Positions 9,639 to 20,193 of a stretch of 64,000 bases of DNA are shown in pieces; within the stretch, counting starts at the first letter, position 1; each line of letters starts with the position of its first letter. This DNA comes from Candidatus Marinacidobacterales bacterium (lineage in GTDB: Bacteria > Acidobacteriota > Vicinamibacteria > Marinacidobacterales > SMYC01). A program made the position numbers and the translations under genes. The notes beneath the pieces were generated by a model. The model had not been told where the DNA came from, made no database searches, and was given only the letters and a program-made list of their open reading frames with translations. Location: the NCBI GenBank assembly GCA_965224085.1, contig CBDCYI010000005.1, positions 1,728,001 through 1,792,000 of the forward strand, written 5' to 3'.

Positions 9639-11012
9639 ATGCCAGAGAAAAAGAATTTTGACAAGAAGGATTTCGTCGTCGTCGGCGCGGGAGTCGCCGG
9701 TCTCAGCTTCGCCCACACCGTTTTAGGTGAACAGAGCAGTGCGGTCGTCGTCGAGCGGAACGACCACGTTGGAGGGCTCGCGTGCTCCTTCCATTACGGC
9801 GATTTCGTGTTCGACGTCGGACCGAAACGCTTCCACACCGAAGACCCGGAAGTGCTCGATTTTCTGTTCTCGATTCTCGGAGAGGACTACATCGTTGTCG
9901 ACCGCTCGAGCGCGGTGCATCTATTCGGCCGCTATTTCCCGTGGCCGCTCGACCAACGCGCGCTCTTTCGGCTGCCGCTCAAGGTCATGGTCTCCTCGGG
10001 GCTCGATCTTCTCCGCCGCCAAGAGCCCCAGGACGAGAGCTCCTTCACCGAGTACACGCGCTCGCGCTACGGCGACACGCTCTACCGTCTCTTCTTCAAG
10101 CCCTATACCGAAAAATTTCTCCGGATTCCGTGCGAAGACGTGCACGTGGACTGGGCCAAGACGGGCATCAACCGCGCGGTCATCGACAAACGTGTGAAGA
10201 GCGAGACGCTCTTCGATCTCGTGCGCGGCGTTTTGTTGCCAACGCCCGTCGACACGAAGTTTCTCTATCCGAGCTATGGCGGTTTCGGGACGTTCTCTGA
10301 GAAGCTCGGCGAGCAAGTGCGCGGGCGCGGCGGCGAGATTCTTCTCGACAACACGGTCGCATCGCTCGAGCTCGGAAAAGGCAGGGTCGAGACCGTGGTG
10401 CTCGCCGACGGCCGACGCATCCAGCCGAGCTACCTCGTTTGGAGCGGCAACCTCAAAGCGCTCGCCAATCTCATAGGAGAAGAGCCGCCGCCCCTTCGTT
10501 ACCTGAGCACGGTTCTCTACAACATGGAGGTGAACGCGGACGTGCTGCAGCAAGAGCAGTGGATCTATTACGGCGGCCAGGACACGGTGCTTTCCCGCGT
10601 TTCCATCACGAACGAGATGGCCGACTACATGGCGCCCGAGGGCAAAGCCGGCCTCTGCGTCGAAGTGACCGGCTTCGAAGGACAGGGGCATTGGAACAAC
10701 CCCAAAGCCCTCATCCCCGAGATCCAAGCCGATCTCGTCCGATTGAAGCTGGTAGGCTCCGAGTCGGATTTCGGCGCCGTCTATGTCGAGCGCGTCCGTG
10801 ACACCTATCCGATCTACGACCTTGGATACAAAAGAAGCTTCGCCGCGGCTTCGGGGATGGTGAAACCCGTCGAGAATCTCAAGCTACTCGGCCGCACCGG
10901 AGCCTATTGGTACAACAACTCCGACCATTCTATGAAGATGGCGCTCCAAATGGCGAAGCACCTTTTGAAAGGCACGCCGATGGAAGCGAAGGAAGCTTTG
11001 TTTCGAGTTTGA
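9639..11012 (+). CDS. FAD-dependent oxidoreductase (HemY/UDP-galactopyranose-mutase-like family found in glycan clusters)
   Basis: VVVGAGVAGL Rossmann motif, FDVGPKRFH, FLYPSYGGFG, GRTGAYWYNNSDH. Confidence 0.85.
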   Translation: MPEKKNFDKKDFVVVGAGVAGLSFAHTVLGEQSSAVVVERNDHVGGLACSFHYGDFVFDVGPKRFHTEDPEVLDFLFSILGEDYIVVDRSSAVHLFGRYFPWPLDQRALFRLPLKVMVSSGLDLLRRQEPQDESSFTEYTRSRYGDTLYRLFFKPYTEKFLRIPCEDVHVDWAKTGINRAVIDKRVKSETLFDLVRGVLLPTPVDTKFLYPSYGGFGTFSEKLGEQVRGRGGEILLDNTVASLELGKGRVETVVLADGRRIQPSYLVWSGNLKALANLIGEEPPPLRYLSTVLYNMEVNADVLQQEQWIYYGGQDTVLSRVSITNEMADYMAPEGKAGLCVEVTGFEGQGHWNNPKALIPEIQADLVRLKLVGSESDFGAVYVERVRDTYPIYDLGYKRSFAAASGMVKPVENLKLLGRTGAYWYNNSDHSMKMALQMAKHLLKGTPMEAKEALFRV

Positions 11013-11025
11013 CGAGGGCGGCGCG

Positions 11026-13275
11026 ATGCTGTTCCTCCTGGCACTTCTCGCTTTAACGGTCGCTCAGTTTCTACCGGGCCTCGTCGCCGTCAAGCTTCTC
11101 GACATCGGCCGCGATCGCGAGGAGTGTTACGTTCTCTCCGCCGTCCTCGCCGGTCCGATCGCCGCGGCCGTCTACCTCGTCACCTTGCTCGCCAACTGGG
11201 AGCCTCTTTACTGGATCCTGATAGGAAATCTCGGCGTTTTCGCGGTGGTCGTTCCCTGGCGGCGGAAGCGCGGTTCCGGTTTGCCGCGCGCGACCCGGAT
11301 CGCCTTTTTGGCTCTGTTGGTTGTCCTGTTCGTCCCGTACTTTCTGACGACGGGGAGCCTCTATCGGACCGATTCCACCGGTACGTTGCTGCTCGACCGC
11401 GCGCTTCAAACCGACGTGCTGTTTCACCTCGGCGTAATCCACTCGCTCGAGAGCGCCTATCCGCCGTCATTGCTCTCGGTGTCGGGACGGCCGATTGGCT
11501 ACCACGTCGGCTATCACTTGCAGCTCGCGGCTTGGGCCCGCTATTTCGGTATCGCGGCTTTCGATGGGCTCATACGCGTCGGAACGGTATGGCAGGTAGC
11601 GCTTCTCGTGGCGAGCGCTTTCATGCTAGCTCGGCGCTTTACGGAGCGTATCTCCGCGCATGTCTTAGTACCCGTTCTTGTGTTCGGCGCGGGGTTCGGC
11701 TTCGCGTTTTTCTACCGGCCCTCGGTGGACTGGTGGAGTCTCGTCTTCATGGACGCGACGCTCGTGTCGATTTTTCTGTCGAACCCGCTACTGCCAGCGC
11801 TGCCGCTTCTGTTCGCGGGGCTCGCTCTTTTCCACGACTACACGCAAGGTTCAGGCCGCGGTGCTCTTGTAGGAAGCGTTCTTTGTATCGCGTTCATGCT
11901 CGTCGTCAAGATGTTTCTCGGCGCGCAAGTGCTCGCAGCGATGGGCATCGCGGCGATCGTGAGCTGGCGCGACGCGCGTATGCGTGCGGCGTTCGTCGCG
12001 ACCGCGCTCGCGTCGCTCCCGCTTCTCGCGCACACGTTTCTTGCGGCAGGGGGCTCGAATACGAGCATCGGCCTCCGGCCGCTCGAGATCGTTCGCTACT
12101 CGATGGAGAAGCTCGACTGGCACGCCGCGGTCGGCGCTCTCGCATCGGTCGGGCGTTTCGAGCTTTCCGTGGGCGCATGGTCCCTGGCCGCCGCTTCCAC
12201 TCTCACGTGGGGGATCGGTTTTCTCGGGGTGCGCCTCGTTGGCCTCAGCGCATGCGTGAAGGATTTGTGGCGCGGCGGCACACCACTCCGCCGGACAATG
12301 GCGTGGTTCGTCGCGATAGGATTCCCGCTTGCGCTCGTCTTTCGCATCGCCCCCGCGGAATCCGTGGGTCTGTCGAGACTCGAATCGCAAAACGACGTGC
12401 TGTGGTTCGCCACGGCGAGTGGGGTATTGCTGTGGTTCTGGACCGCGGACGCGCTTCGCCGCGCAAGGGCTACCGCAATCGTGACGCTTCTCGCCTTGAC
12501 CGCGACGGTGCAGCACTTCGGCTATGCGGCGACGCTCGAGCCAGATCGCATTGCTGCGTCGCGCGTCCGTACCGCGAAGGCCGCCGGTACGTTGTCGGGA
12601 CCGGACGCCATTTGGCTGGATCCGCTCGACCGATCCCGGCCGTCGCTACTTCCATATGTCTCGGGACGCGCCGTCGTCTACGACCCCTATGTCGGCTACG
12701 ACTACATGTTCGTTGGAAGAGACGAAATCGCCTATCGCCGCCACGCCGTCGCGCAGTTTTGGTCGAGCGGTGATCCAGCCTATCGCGCATGGATGCTCGA
12801 CCATTTCGATGTCGGCTTCGTGTGGGAGCAGGGAAGCGCCGTCGCCCCCTTGCGCGGTCTCGAGCCGATCTATTCGGACGAGGCGGAGCATCTTTATCGT
12901 GTGCGTGATCGTGCGTTCCGGGCACCCGTCGTCGAGATGGCGACCCCTGCCACCATCCCTCTCGGTAACCGAGGCTCGCCCTATCTCGACCCGGGCTTTC
13001 GCCGCGCGGACCGCGCACGCACGCTTCCTTCCGAACGCCGAGCGTTCGTATACGTGCCGCGCGGAGAAGCGCACTCGCTTCGCCTTCGCCTCCGTGTCGA
13101 CGCTCGCCACGGCGGGGGGGAGCTCGTTGTGGAGGGCCAGCATGTTCCCGTCGGGTTGGCGGCGATGTCGATCGACGTCGAGCTCCCACCAAGGCAAGCG
13201 TCCGGCCTTCACGCGATCGCGGTCGAGTGGCGTGGCGAGCGGCCGCTCACGATTCTGGAGATTCTTCTTCGCTAG
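11026..13275 (+). CDS. Polytopic membrane protein (GT-C-like), resembles 7837-9612
   Basis: Loop TDVLFHLGVIHSL..PPS..IGYHVGYH parallels the upstream protein; many TMs. Confidence 0.6.
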   Translation: MLFLLALLALTVAQFLPGLVAVKLLDIGRDREECYVLSAVLAGPIAAAVYLVTLLANWEPLYWILIGNLGVFAVVVPWRRKRGSGLPRATRIAFLALLVVLFVPYFLTTGSLYRTDSTGTLLLDRALQTDVLFHLGVIHSLESAYPPSLLSVSGRPIGYHVGYHLQLAAWARYFGIAAFDGLIRVGTVWQVALLVASAFMLARRFTERISAHVLVPVLVFGAGFGFAFFYRPSVDWWSLVFMDATLVSIFLSNPLLPALPLLFAGLALFHDYTQGSGRGALVGSVLCIAFMLVVKMFLGAQVLAAMGIAAIVSWRDARMRAAFVATALASLPLLAHTFLAAGGSNTSIGLRPLEIVRYSMEKLDWHAAVGALASVGRFELSVGAWSLAAASTLTWGIGFLGVRLVGLSACVKDLWRGGTPLRRTMAWFVAIGFPLALVFRIAPAESVGLSRLESQNDVLWFATASGVLLWFWTADALRRARATAIVTLLALTATVQHFGYAATLEPDRIAASRVRTAKAAGTLSGPDAIWLDPLDRSRPSLLPYVSGRAVVYDPYVGYDYMFVGRDEIAYRRHAVAQFWSSGDPAYRAWMLDHFDVGFVWEQGSAVAPLRGLEPIYSDEAEHLYRVRDRAFRAPVVEMATPATIPLGNRGSPYLDPGFRRADRARTLPSERRAFVYVPRGEAHSLRLRLRVDARHGGGELVVEGQHVPVGLAAMSIDVELPPRQASGLHAIAVEWRGERPLTILEILLR

Positions 13276-13284
13276 GGTTCTACG

Positions 13285-13497
13285 ATGACTCTCAGAACGC
13301 GGCCCGCGATCCTTGGCGCGCGCGGCGTACTTCTCGGCCGCGCGATCATGTGGGCGCTTGCGTCGTACGGGGCGGAGGGAGTAAGAACGCTCATCAAGAT
13401 GCTGCAACGCGACCTCGCGCGCTTTTTTGCTATGCTCGGCGCGTCGAACCTGCGCGCATTAACGCGGGACCACATCACGATCCACCGGCAAAAATAG
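13285..13497 (+). pseudogene. C-terminal remnant of FMN-dependent alpha-hydroxy-acid dehydrogenase
   Basis: LGARGVLLGRAIMWALASYGAEGVRTLIKMLQRDL..MLGASNL matches the family C-terminus; only 70 aa. Confidence 0.7.
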
Positions 13498-13519
13498 CAA
13501 CCGGCATCAAGCCGTTCCT

Positions 13520-14473
13520 ATGGCAAAATACATACACACGCGATTCGGCGAGCTCACCGTCGCGGACGCCCACGCGCACTTCTTCTCGCACCGCTTCTTC
13601 GCCACAATTGCTGCCGAGCTGCCATCACCGCCCGACGAAGGCGAGCTCTTCGACGTGCTTGGACAAAGCCTGCCGTTCGAGTTTCCCGAAAAGGACCCGG
13701 AGACGCTCGCCGCGCGATGGGTGGACGAGCTCGACGGCCATGGCGTTGCTCGCATCGTACTCATCGCGAGCGTTCCCGGTGACGCAGCGTCCGTCGCCGG
13801 TGCCGCGCACGCGTTTCCCGATCGCGTCATCCCGTACTTCCTGCTGAACCCTAAAGCGCCCGACGCGCTCGAGCGGACAGAGCGGGCGTTTCGCGAGCTC
13901 GGGATGAAGGGACTCTGCTTGTTCCCAGCGATGCACCATTTTCATGTCGCTGACGACACGTTGAAGCCCATCCTGGAAGAAGTCGCCGCGCATCGCGGAA
14001 TCGTCTTCGTGCATTGCGGCCGCCTCGTCATCGGTGTGCGAGACAAGCTCGGGCTAGAGAGCCCGTTCGACATGAGCTTCTCGAGACCGCGCGGCCTCGA
14101 AGACGTTGCACTGGCGTTTGATGCGATTCCTTTCGTCGTCCCTCACTTCGGCTGCGACACGTTCGAAGAGCTTCTCGACGTCGCCGCAACGTGTCCCAAC
14201 ATCTACACCGACACGTCGAGCTCGAACGCGTGGATGGCCCGTTTGCCGGGGCCGTTGACGCTGCCACAGGTATTCGAGCGCACCCTCGCTGTGATGGGAG
14301 CTGAGCGCATCCTCTATGGGTCGGATTCGAGTTTCTTTCCTCGAGGCTGGCACAGGGATCACTTTCAAGAGCAGCTAGACGCTTTCGATGTCACGGCGGA
14401 GCAGGCCGCCGCGATCTTCGGCGGCAATTTGTTGCGCCTTGCGGCCCAAGCCGGTCAGGACCGCGAAAGCTAG
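13520..14473 (+). CDS. Amidohydrolase family 2 protein
   Basis: DAHAH, FVHCG, PHFG, YTDTSS, LYGSDS. Confidence 0.88.
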   Translation: MAKYIHTRFGELTVADAHAHFFSHRFFATIAAELPSPPDEGELFDVLGQSLPFEFPEKDPETLAARWVDELDGHGVARIVLIASVPGDAASVAGAAHAFPDRVIPYFLLNPKAPDALERTERAFRELGMKGLCLFPAMHHFHVADDTLKPILEEVAAHRGIVFVHCGRLVIGVRDKLGLESPFDMSFSRPRGLEDVALAFDAIPFVVPHFGCDTFEELLDVAATCPNIYTDTSSSNAWMARLPGPLTLPQVFERTLAVMGAERILYGSDSSFFPRGWHRDHFQEQLDAFDVTAEQAAAIFGGNLLRLAAQAGQDRES

Positions 14474-14630
14474 ACCTGTGCTCCGCAAGAAATAAACCCC
14501 TCGCGGAAGGATGGAATTTTGCGAAGTGGGAGACTTCGGTACCCCGGTGCCGAGACTTCGATACGCCGCTCATGCGCTGGAGTCACCATTCAGACTCCCA
14601 CAGCCGCAGCTCGTTTCCTAGAACCGCAGC

Positions 14631-16031
14631 TCATGCTAGAAGACAGGAGCTATGAGCGGCAACTTGTAACGCCTTGCGGCCGAATCCGGTCACGACCGCA
14701 AAAGCTAGGATCCCGAGCAGCGCCCACGAGTGAAAGTTGACGAGCCCGATCGCGAACGGGCCGAGCCGCGGCATGCCGAAGGCTTCGCCGCCCGCGGTCG
14801 TGCTCGCGGCGAGGATGGTCGGGACCATGTAAGGCAGGATGAACGGCAAGCCGCACACGGTGATGTCCATGAGGTTCGCTCTTCGATATTTCGAGATCCC
14901 AAATCGCTCGCCCGCGCGTCGCGTAAAGTCGCCAGCCGTCAAGATCGCGACGGTGCTATGCGTCGTGATGAGCGCGGCCGCCGTCGTGACCCCTACGATC
15001 CAGCCTTCGGCGGTGCGTGGCGACTGCGCGCGGTCTCCCACCATCTGTACGAGGCGATCGAGCATGCCGGAGGCTTCGAGCGGGGCGACGAGTCCCATCA
15101 GAAGCAGCGTGAAGATCGACGCGCCGATCCCGCGCTCCATGCCTTCCACGAGCATGCCTCGGGCCGCGAAGCGCTCCTCATCGATATAGAGAAGCGCCGA
15201 CGGCTCGACGAGCTCGAAGACGAGTCCGACGGCGGCTGCGGTCAGGATGCCGAAGGTCAACCCTTCGAGGAGGTGGCGTCCTCGCAGCAAGAGTGCTATG
15301 ACGATGACGGGGACGATGAGCATCACGAGGCCGATGGGATTGGCGGCGATTTCGGGGCGCTCGTCGAGGCTCGTGCCGGCGCTCCCGAGCGCACCGTAGG
15401 CGACGAGTGCTACCGCCGCCGCGAGCAGTGCATAACGCAAGCGGCTCTTGACCACGCCCGCAATGTCCGCGTCCTGCGTCAGTGCCGAAGCGATCGTAGT
15501 ATCCGAGATCGGTGACACGTTGTCTCCGAAGGTCGAGCCCCCGATGATGGCGCCGGCGAGGATCGCAGGCGTGGCGCCGAGCGGGCCCCCCGCCGGGTAG
15601 AGGAGCGGGCCGCATACCAAAAGCGTTCCGAGGCTCGTCCCCGTGGCCGTCGAGACGATGCAGCAGATGAAAAAAGCCGTCACGACGTAGGCGCCGCCTT
15701 CCACTCCCGCGCGGGTCGCGAGCCACGTCATCGCTTCGACGAAGCCCGTCTCCTGCATGATCTTTCCCAGGACTCCGGCGAGAAGCCAAGCGAGTATCAT
15801 GATGATCACGAGCGGCCGGCTCATGCCGGCGATGACGATCTCGCTGAAGCGGATACGCTCGCGGCTCAAGATCATGCCCAGGCTGAGCGCGGTCAACAGG
15901 ATCGGCCAGAAGCCGCGCTCGTCGGGCGCGCCCGAAAGGCCCAGCCAAGCAACGCCCGTGAGAAATAGCACGAAGGGTGCAAAGACAGCATAGGAGCCGC
16001 CGTAAAATCGCAGTGACTCCTGTCGTTCCAT
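14631..16031 (-). CDS. NhaC-family antiporter / amino-acid transporter
   Basis: ATGTSLGT, GSTFGDNVSPISDTTIASA; start chosen at ATG 16031. Confidence 0.88.
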   Translation of the reverse strand: MERQESLRFYGGSYAVFAPFVLFLTGVAWLGLSGAPDERGFWPILLTALSLGMILSRERIRFSEIVIAGMSRPLVIIMILAWLLAGVLGKIMQETGFVEAMTWLATRAGVEGGAYVVTAFFICCIVSTATGTSLGTLLVCGPLLYPAGGPLGATPAILAGAIIGGSTFGDNVSPISDTTIASALTQDADIAGVVKSRLRYALLAAAVALVAYGALGSAGTSLDERPEIAANPIGLVMLIVPVIVIALLLRGRHLLEGLTFGILTAAAVGLVFELVEPSALLYIDEERFAARGMLVEGMERGIGASIFTLLLMGLVAPLEASGMLDRLVQMVGDRAQSPRTAEGWIVGVTTAAALITTHSTVAILTAGDFTRRAGERFGISKYRRANLMDITVCGLPFILPYMVPTILAASTTAGGEAFGMPRLGPFAIGLVNFHSWALLGILAFAVVTGFGRKALQVAAHSSCLLA

Positions 16032-16086
16032 AGACCTTGACCCCAGTGAGGATCTACCCGATAGTTGTCTTTTAGCGAAGCAAAAA

Positions 16087-17775
16087 ATGAAACGCGCACC
16101 GAAGCGCGGAAACGCGCTCGTCCTCGTCATCGGCCTCGCGGGCCTCGCCGTGGCCGCTTACGCTTGCGCCCCGAAAGCCGATACCAGCCTACCCGTGGAA
16201 GATCGTTTGCTCGAGGACGTGATGGAGGTGTATTTCGCCGAACGTTTTCGCTTCTTTCCTGTGGAGTCGACGCTGTCGGGCCTTCCTGGCAACGACGATC
16301 GTCTTGGAAGCTTCGCGCGCGCCGATATCGACGCACGCGTTTCATGGCTCGCTGATTTTCATTACAAGCTCCTGGGGCTAAGGCTTACAGAGCTTTCGCA
16401 GCCGGCTTATCTCGACGCGATCTGGCTCACGAGCCTCGTGAAGGCCGAGCTATTCGAGCTCGAGCAAAGGCAGCTTTGGAATCGGACTGCCGCGTTTTAC
16501 GGGGACCAGATCCGGCTCGGGCTCGTTTCCCTGCTCGCGGAAGGGGAGCTTGCCACGCGCGTGGAAGCCCTTGCCGGCAGGCTCGCCGCAATCACACCGC
16601 TCTTGGAGCAAGCGCGGGAGAATCTCGGTCCCGTCCAGCCCATCTGGCGTGCTGATGGCGTCCGGTCGCTAGAGAGCTGCCGGCGTTTGCTGCTCGATCT
16701 TCCTCAGATGCTCGAAGGCCGCTTACCGCCCCCGAGGGTCGCAGAACTCGCCGAGCTCAGCCGCGCCGCGACGCGCTCGGTACAGAGGCTCATGGCCGAC
16801 GCCCCGCGACCCACCGGTGACGACCCCGCCGGTTTCCTCCTCGGTGAGGAAGGCCTGCGCCGCTATTTTCTCTACGAGCACATGATGGATTGGTCGCCGG
16901 ATACGATCCTCGCCCTCGCGGAAGCCGAGCTCGAGATCGCCACGCACGAGCTCACACAGCTTGCGTTGACCCACTTTGCGTCGGAGTCTTTGCTCGCGTT
17001 GCTCGCGCCCAAGCCTCCTCTCGAAGCGGTCGAGCTCGAAGTCGCCGAGGCGTCCGAGCGTGTCGCTGCCTTTGTTCGCGAACGTGACCTTTCGCTCTCG
17101 TCCGATGTCTCGCCTCCGGTACGTTTGGTGCCGTTCTACTTTCCTGGCCGAGCTCCGGTAGTGTTGTGGCGTCCCAAGGCGCTCGAGCCAGCTCGAGGCA
17201 CCTTTCTCATGGTACGCGGCGGGGAGCCGGTTCGCGTTGATCGTAGCGAGCTCCAGCTTCTCACCTTGCGCGAAGTGGGCGGGCGCGCGCGTCAATTCGC
17301 TTACCAGGCTCAGTCCGCCAGCTTGTTGCGGCGCGTCCTCGCGACCGAGACCACGCGCGAGGGGTGGCTTTTGGAGTTCGAGCGTGAAGCTCTCGATGAG
17401 GGGTTCGAACCTGAGAATCTCGAGCTGCGCCTGCGGCACCAGCACCGACGCATGCTCGCCTTCGTACGGTTGATGGCCGTTGTGGAGATGCACGCGCACG
17501 GCCGGAGCTTCGAAGAAATGGTCACTCTGTTTCGGGAGCGAGGACTTCTGTCTCTTGCCGCATCGCGGAACGAAGCGACGCGTGTCGCGGTCGATCCTGG
17601 CGTTTCGGATCCCGCCGCCGGATGGTTGGCTCTGAACGAGCTCGCGGTCGACTACGCCTCGGAGCACCCGCTAGAAACGCGCTCTGAGCTCACCCGGCAG
17701 ATCCTCACCGAGGGGCTCCCGCCGATGCGACTCATCCGGTTCCGCTTGCTTGGAGCTTCCTCGGGCTTTCATTGA
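16087..17775 (+). CDS. DUF885-like lipoprotein
   Basis: Lipobox AAYAC; PVESTLSG..DDRL N-terminus; EGW and RLMAVVEMH C-terminal motifs. Confidence 0.65.
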   Translation: MKRAPKRGNALVLVIGLAGLAVAAYACAPKADTSLPVEDRLLEDVMEVYFAERFRFFPVESTLSGLPGNDDRLGSFARADIDARVSWLADFHYKLLGLRLTELSQPAYLDAIWLTSLVKAELFELEQRQLWNRTAAFYGDQIRLGLVSLLAEGELATRVEALAGRLAAITPLLEQARENLGPVQPIWRADGVRSLESCRRLLLDLPQMLEGRLPPPRVAELAELSRAATRSVQRLMADAPRPTGDDPAGFLLGEEGLRRYFLYEHMMDWSPDTILALAEAELEIATHELTQLALTHFASESLLALLAPKPPLEAVELEVAEASERVAAFVRERDLSLSSDVSPPVRLVPFYFPGRAPVVLWRPKALEPARGTFLMVRGGEPVRVDRSELQLLTLREVGGRARQFAYQAQSASLLRRVLATETTREGWLLEFEREALDEGFEPENLELRLRHQHRRMLAFVRLMAVVEMHAHGRSFEEMVTLFRERGLLSLAASRNEATRVAVDPGVSDPAAGWLALNELAVDYASEHPLETRSELTRQILTEGLPPMRLIRFRLLGASSGFH

Positions 17776-17834
17776 GAGACAGACCCGCCACTTCTTCGGC
17801 AAGCACGGCGAGCAGACTATAATTCCAGGGCCGC

Positions 17835-19043
17835 ATGCGCATCCTCATGATTGCCCCCCAGCCATTCTTTCAGCCGAGGGGTACGCCGTTCAGCGAGTTC
17901 TACCGGATCCGGGCGCTGACTGAGCTCGGTCATCAGGTCGATCTCGTCACCTATGCGATCGGCGAAGATGTCGAGATGCAGGGGCTTCGCATTTTCCGGA
18001 CCCCCGCGGTGCCCGCCATCCGTTCGGTCCGGGTCGGGCCGTCCCTCGCGAAGCTCCCGCTCGATACGCTCGTCTTCACGTCGTCGCTCAGGAGGCTTTT
18101 TTCCGAGCGTTACGACGTTCTCGACTGTCACGAGGAGGCGGGGCTCATGGGTGTCGTCTTATCGAAGCTCTTCGGCGTCCCGACCATCTACGACATGCAC
18201 TCGTCACTTCCGGAGCAGCTCGAGAATTTTCGCTACAGCCGCTCGCGCGTGTTGCGTTCGCTGTTCGACTTCGCGGAGCGCGTAACCATCCGGGGCTCCG
18301 AAGCGGTCATCTATATTTGTCCTTATCTCGGCGCGGTCGTCGATCGCACCGACGCCAAAAAGCCCAAATTCCTCATCGAGAATTCGCCGCTCGCGGAATC
18401 GGGTGAAGCGCTGGCCGAGGAGGAGGCGAAGCGGATCCGCGGTGAGCTCGGCTTGGACGATGCTTTCGTTCTTCTATACACGGGAACGTTCGAGGCTTAT
18501 CAGGGACTCGAGCTTCTTTATGAAGCCGTCGCGCGCGTTTCGGATCCTTCCGTTCGGTTATTGATGGTCGGCGGCAAGCCCGATCAAGTCGAAGCGGCGG
18601 GAAAGAAGGTCGCGCGTTTCGGTATCGCAGACCGGGTCGTTTTTACCGGACAGAAGCCGCCTTCGGAGATGCCGCGCTATCTCGCCGCGGCGGATGCGCT
18701 CGTCTCACCGCGCTCACACGGCAAGAACACGCCGCTCAAGATTTACTCCTATCTCCATTCGGGAAAGCCGATCGTTGCGACCCGCATCCTCACGCATACT
18801 CAAGTTCTCGACGACGCGATCGCGATGCTGACGGAGCCCGAGTCCGAAGCTTTCGCCAAGGGTATCGAAGCCCTCGTAGCGGATCCGGAACGGGCCGGTG
18901 AGCTCGGCGCGGCGGCGCGGCGACTCTCGGACCAAGAATACAGCTACGAGCGTTATCTCGAAAGAACCCGGCGCGTGCTCGACTATGTGTCGAAAAAGCT
19001 CGTTTTACCCGTGCCTCGCGAGACGCCGGCACCTTCGGAGTAG
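17835..19043 (+). CDS. Glycosyltransferase family 4
   Basis: YTGTFEAYQG, NTPLKIYSYLHSGKPIVAT. Confidence 0.92.
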   Translation: MRILMIAPQPFFQPRGTPFSEFYRIRALTELGHQVDLVTYAIGEDVEMQGLRIFRTPAVPAIRSVRVGPSLAKLPLDTLVFTSSLRRLFSERYDVLDCHEEAGLMGVVLSKLFGVPTIYDMHSSLPEQLENFRYSRSRVLRSLFDFAERVTIRGSEAVIYICPYLGAVVDRTDAKKPKFLIENSPLAESGEALAEEEAKRIRGELGLDDAFVLLYTGTFEAYQGLELLYEAVARVSDPSVRLLMVGGKPDQVEAAGKKVARFGIADRVVFTGQKPPSEMPRYLAAADALVSPRSHGKNTPLKIYSYLHSGKPIVATRILTHTQVLDDAIAMLTEPESEAFAKGIEALVADPERAGELGAAARRLSDQEYSYERYLERTRRVLDYVSKKLVLPVPRETPAPSE

Positions 19044-19046
19044 TCC

Positions 19047-20192
19047 ATGAGAATCTATCTCGCTATCTTGACGATCAGTTTCGCCGCCAATCTCTCGGCC
19101 CAACCCGATGCGACGTCACGCCCCCGCGCGCGCGAGCTTGGTCTCGCTCCCGGCGTGCTGCTGACAGGCGAGCTCAATGCGATCACCGATGTCCCCGGTG
19201 TGAAAGTCGGCCAGGTCACGATCTGGCGCGGGAGCGACGTGCGCACCGGCGTGACGACCATCCTGGCTCATGACGGTAATTTGTTTCAGGCGAAGGTTCC
19301 CGGAGCGATCCATCTCGGCAATGCTTTCGGGAAGCTCATTGGTTACACCCAAGTGCGCGAGCTCGGCTATATCGAATCGCCCATCGTGCTCACCGGCACG
19401 CTCGCGGTGTGGAACGCTGCGAACGGTGTTGTGAGCTATCTCATGGGACTTCCCGGGAACGAGAACGTACGCTCGTTCAACCCTGTTATCGGCGAAACAA
19501 ATGATGGCAATCTCAACGACATTCGCGGCCGTCACGTCAAAGAAGAGCACGTGCTCGAGTCGATACGGAGCGCGAGCGGCGGCCCGGTTCAAGAAGGTGT
19601 CGTTGGCGCGGGCACGGGCACGAGCGCTTTCGGGTGGAAGGGCGGCATCGGAACGTCGTCGCGGAAGCTTCCGGAAAGCCTCGGTGGCTATACAGTGGGT
19701 GTCCTCGTGCAGAGCAACTATGGCGGCATCTTGCAGATGGACGGCGTCCCAGTGGGTGAAGAGCTTGGCCGCTACTATTTGCGCGACGTCACAACCGGCG
19801 ACGAAGAAAATCCCGACGGCTCGATCATGATGGTCGTGGCGACCGATGCGCCTGTGCTCTCCGCGGGGCTCGAGCGCGTTGCGAAACGCGCCATGCTCGG
19901 CCTTTCGCGGACGGGCGCGACGTCTTCGAACGGAAGCGGCGACTACGTCATCGCGTTGTCGACCGCGCCCGAGCTTCGAAGCGCCTTTACGAGCCGAGAG
20001 CTCAAAGACGGCGCGCCCTCGCTGCGCAACGACAAGCTCTCGCCGATCTTTCAGGCAACCATCGAAGCGACGGAAGAGGCGGTTTACAACTCGATGCTGA
20101 AAGCGGTGGACGTTAGCGGATGGGACGGCAACCACAGAGAAGCGCTACCGCTCGACCGCCTCCGCGAGATCATGAAGAAATACAACCGCTAG
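19047..20192 (+). CDS. DmpA-like P1/S58 aminopeptidase with signal peptide
   Basis: NAITDVPGVKVG, GETNDG, GAGTG, SNGSGD autoproteolysis motif. Confidence 0.92.
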   Translation: MRIYLAILTISFAANLSAQPDATSRPRARELGLAPGVLLTGELNAITDVPGVKVGQVTIWRGSDVRTGVTTILAHDGNLFQAKVPGAIHLGNAFGKLIGYTQVRELGYIESPIVLTGTLAVWNAANGVVSYLMGLPGNENVRSFNPVIGETNDGNLNDIRGRHVKEEHVLESIRSASGGPVQEGVVGAGTGTSAFGWKGGIGTSSRKLPESLGGYTVGVLVQSNYGGILQMDGVPVGEELGRYYLRDVTTGDEENPDGSIMMVVATDAPVLSAGLERVAKRAMLGLSRTGATSSNGSGDYVIALSTAPELRSAFTSRELKDGAPSLRNDKLSPIFQATIEATEEAVYNSMLKAVDVSGWDGNHREALPLDRLREIMKKYNR

Positions 20193-20193
20193 C

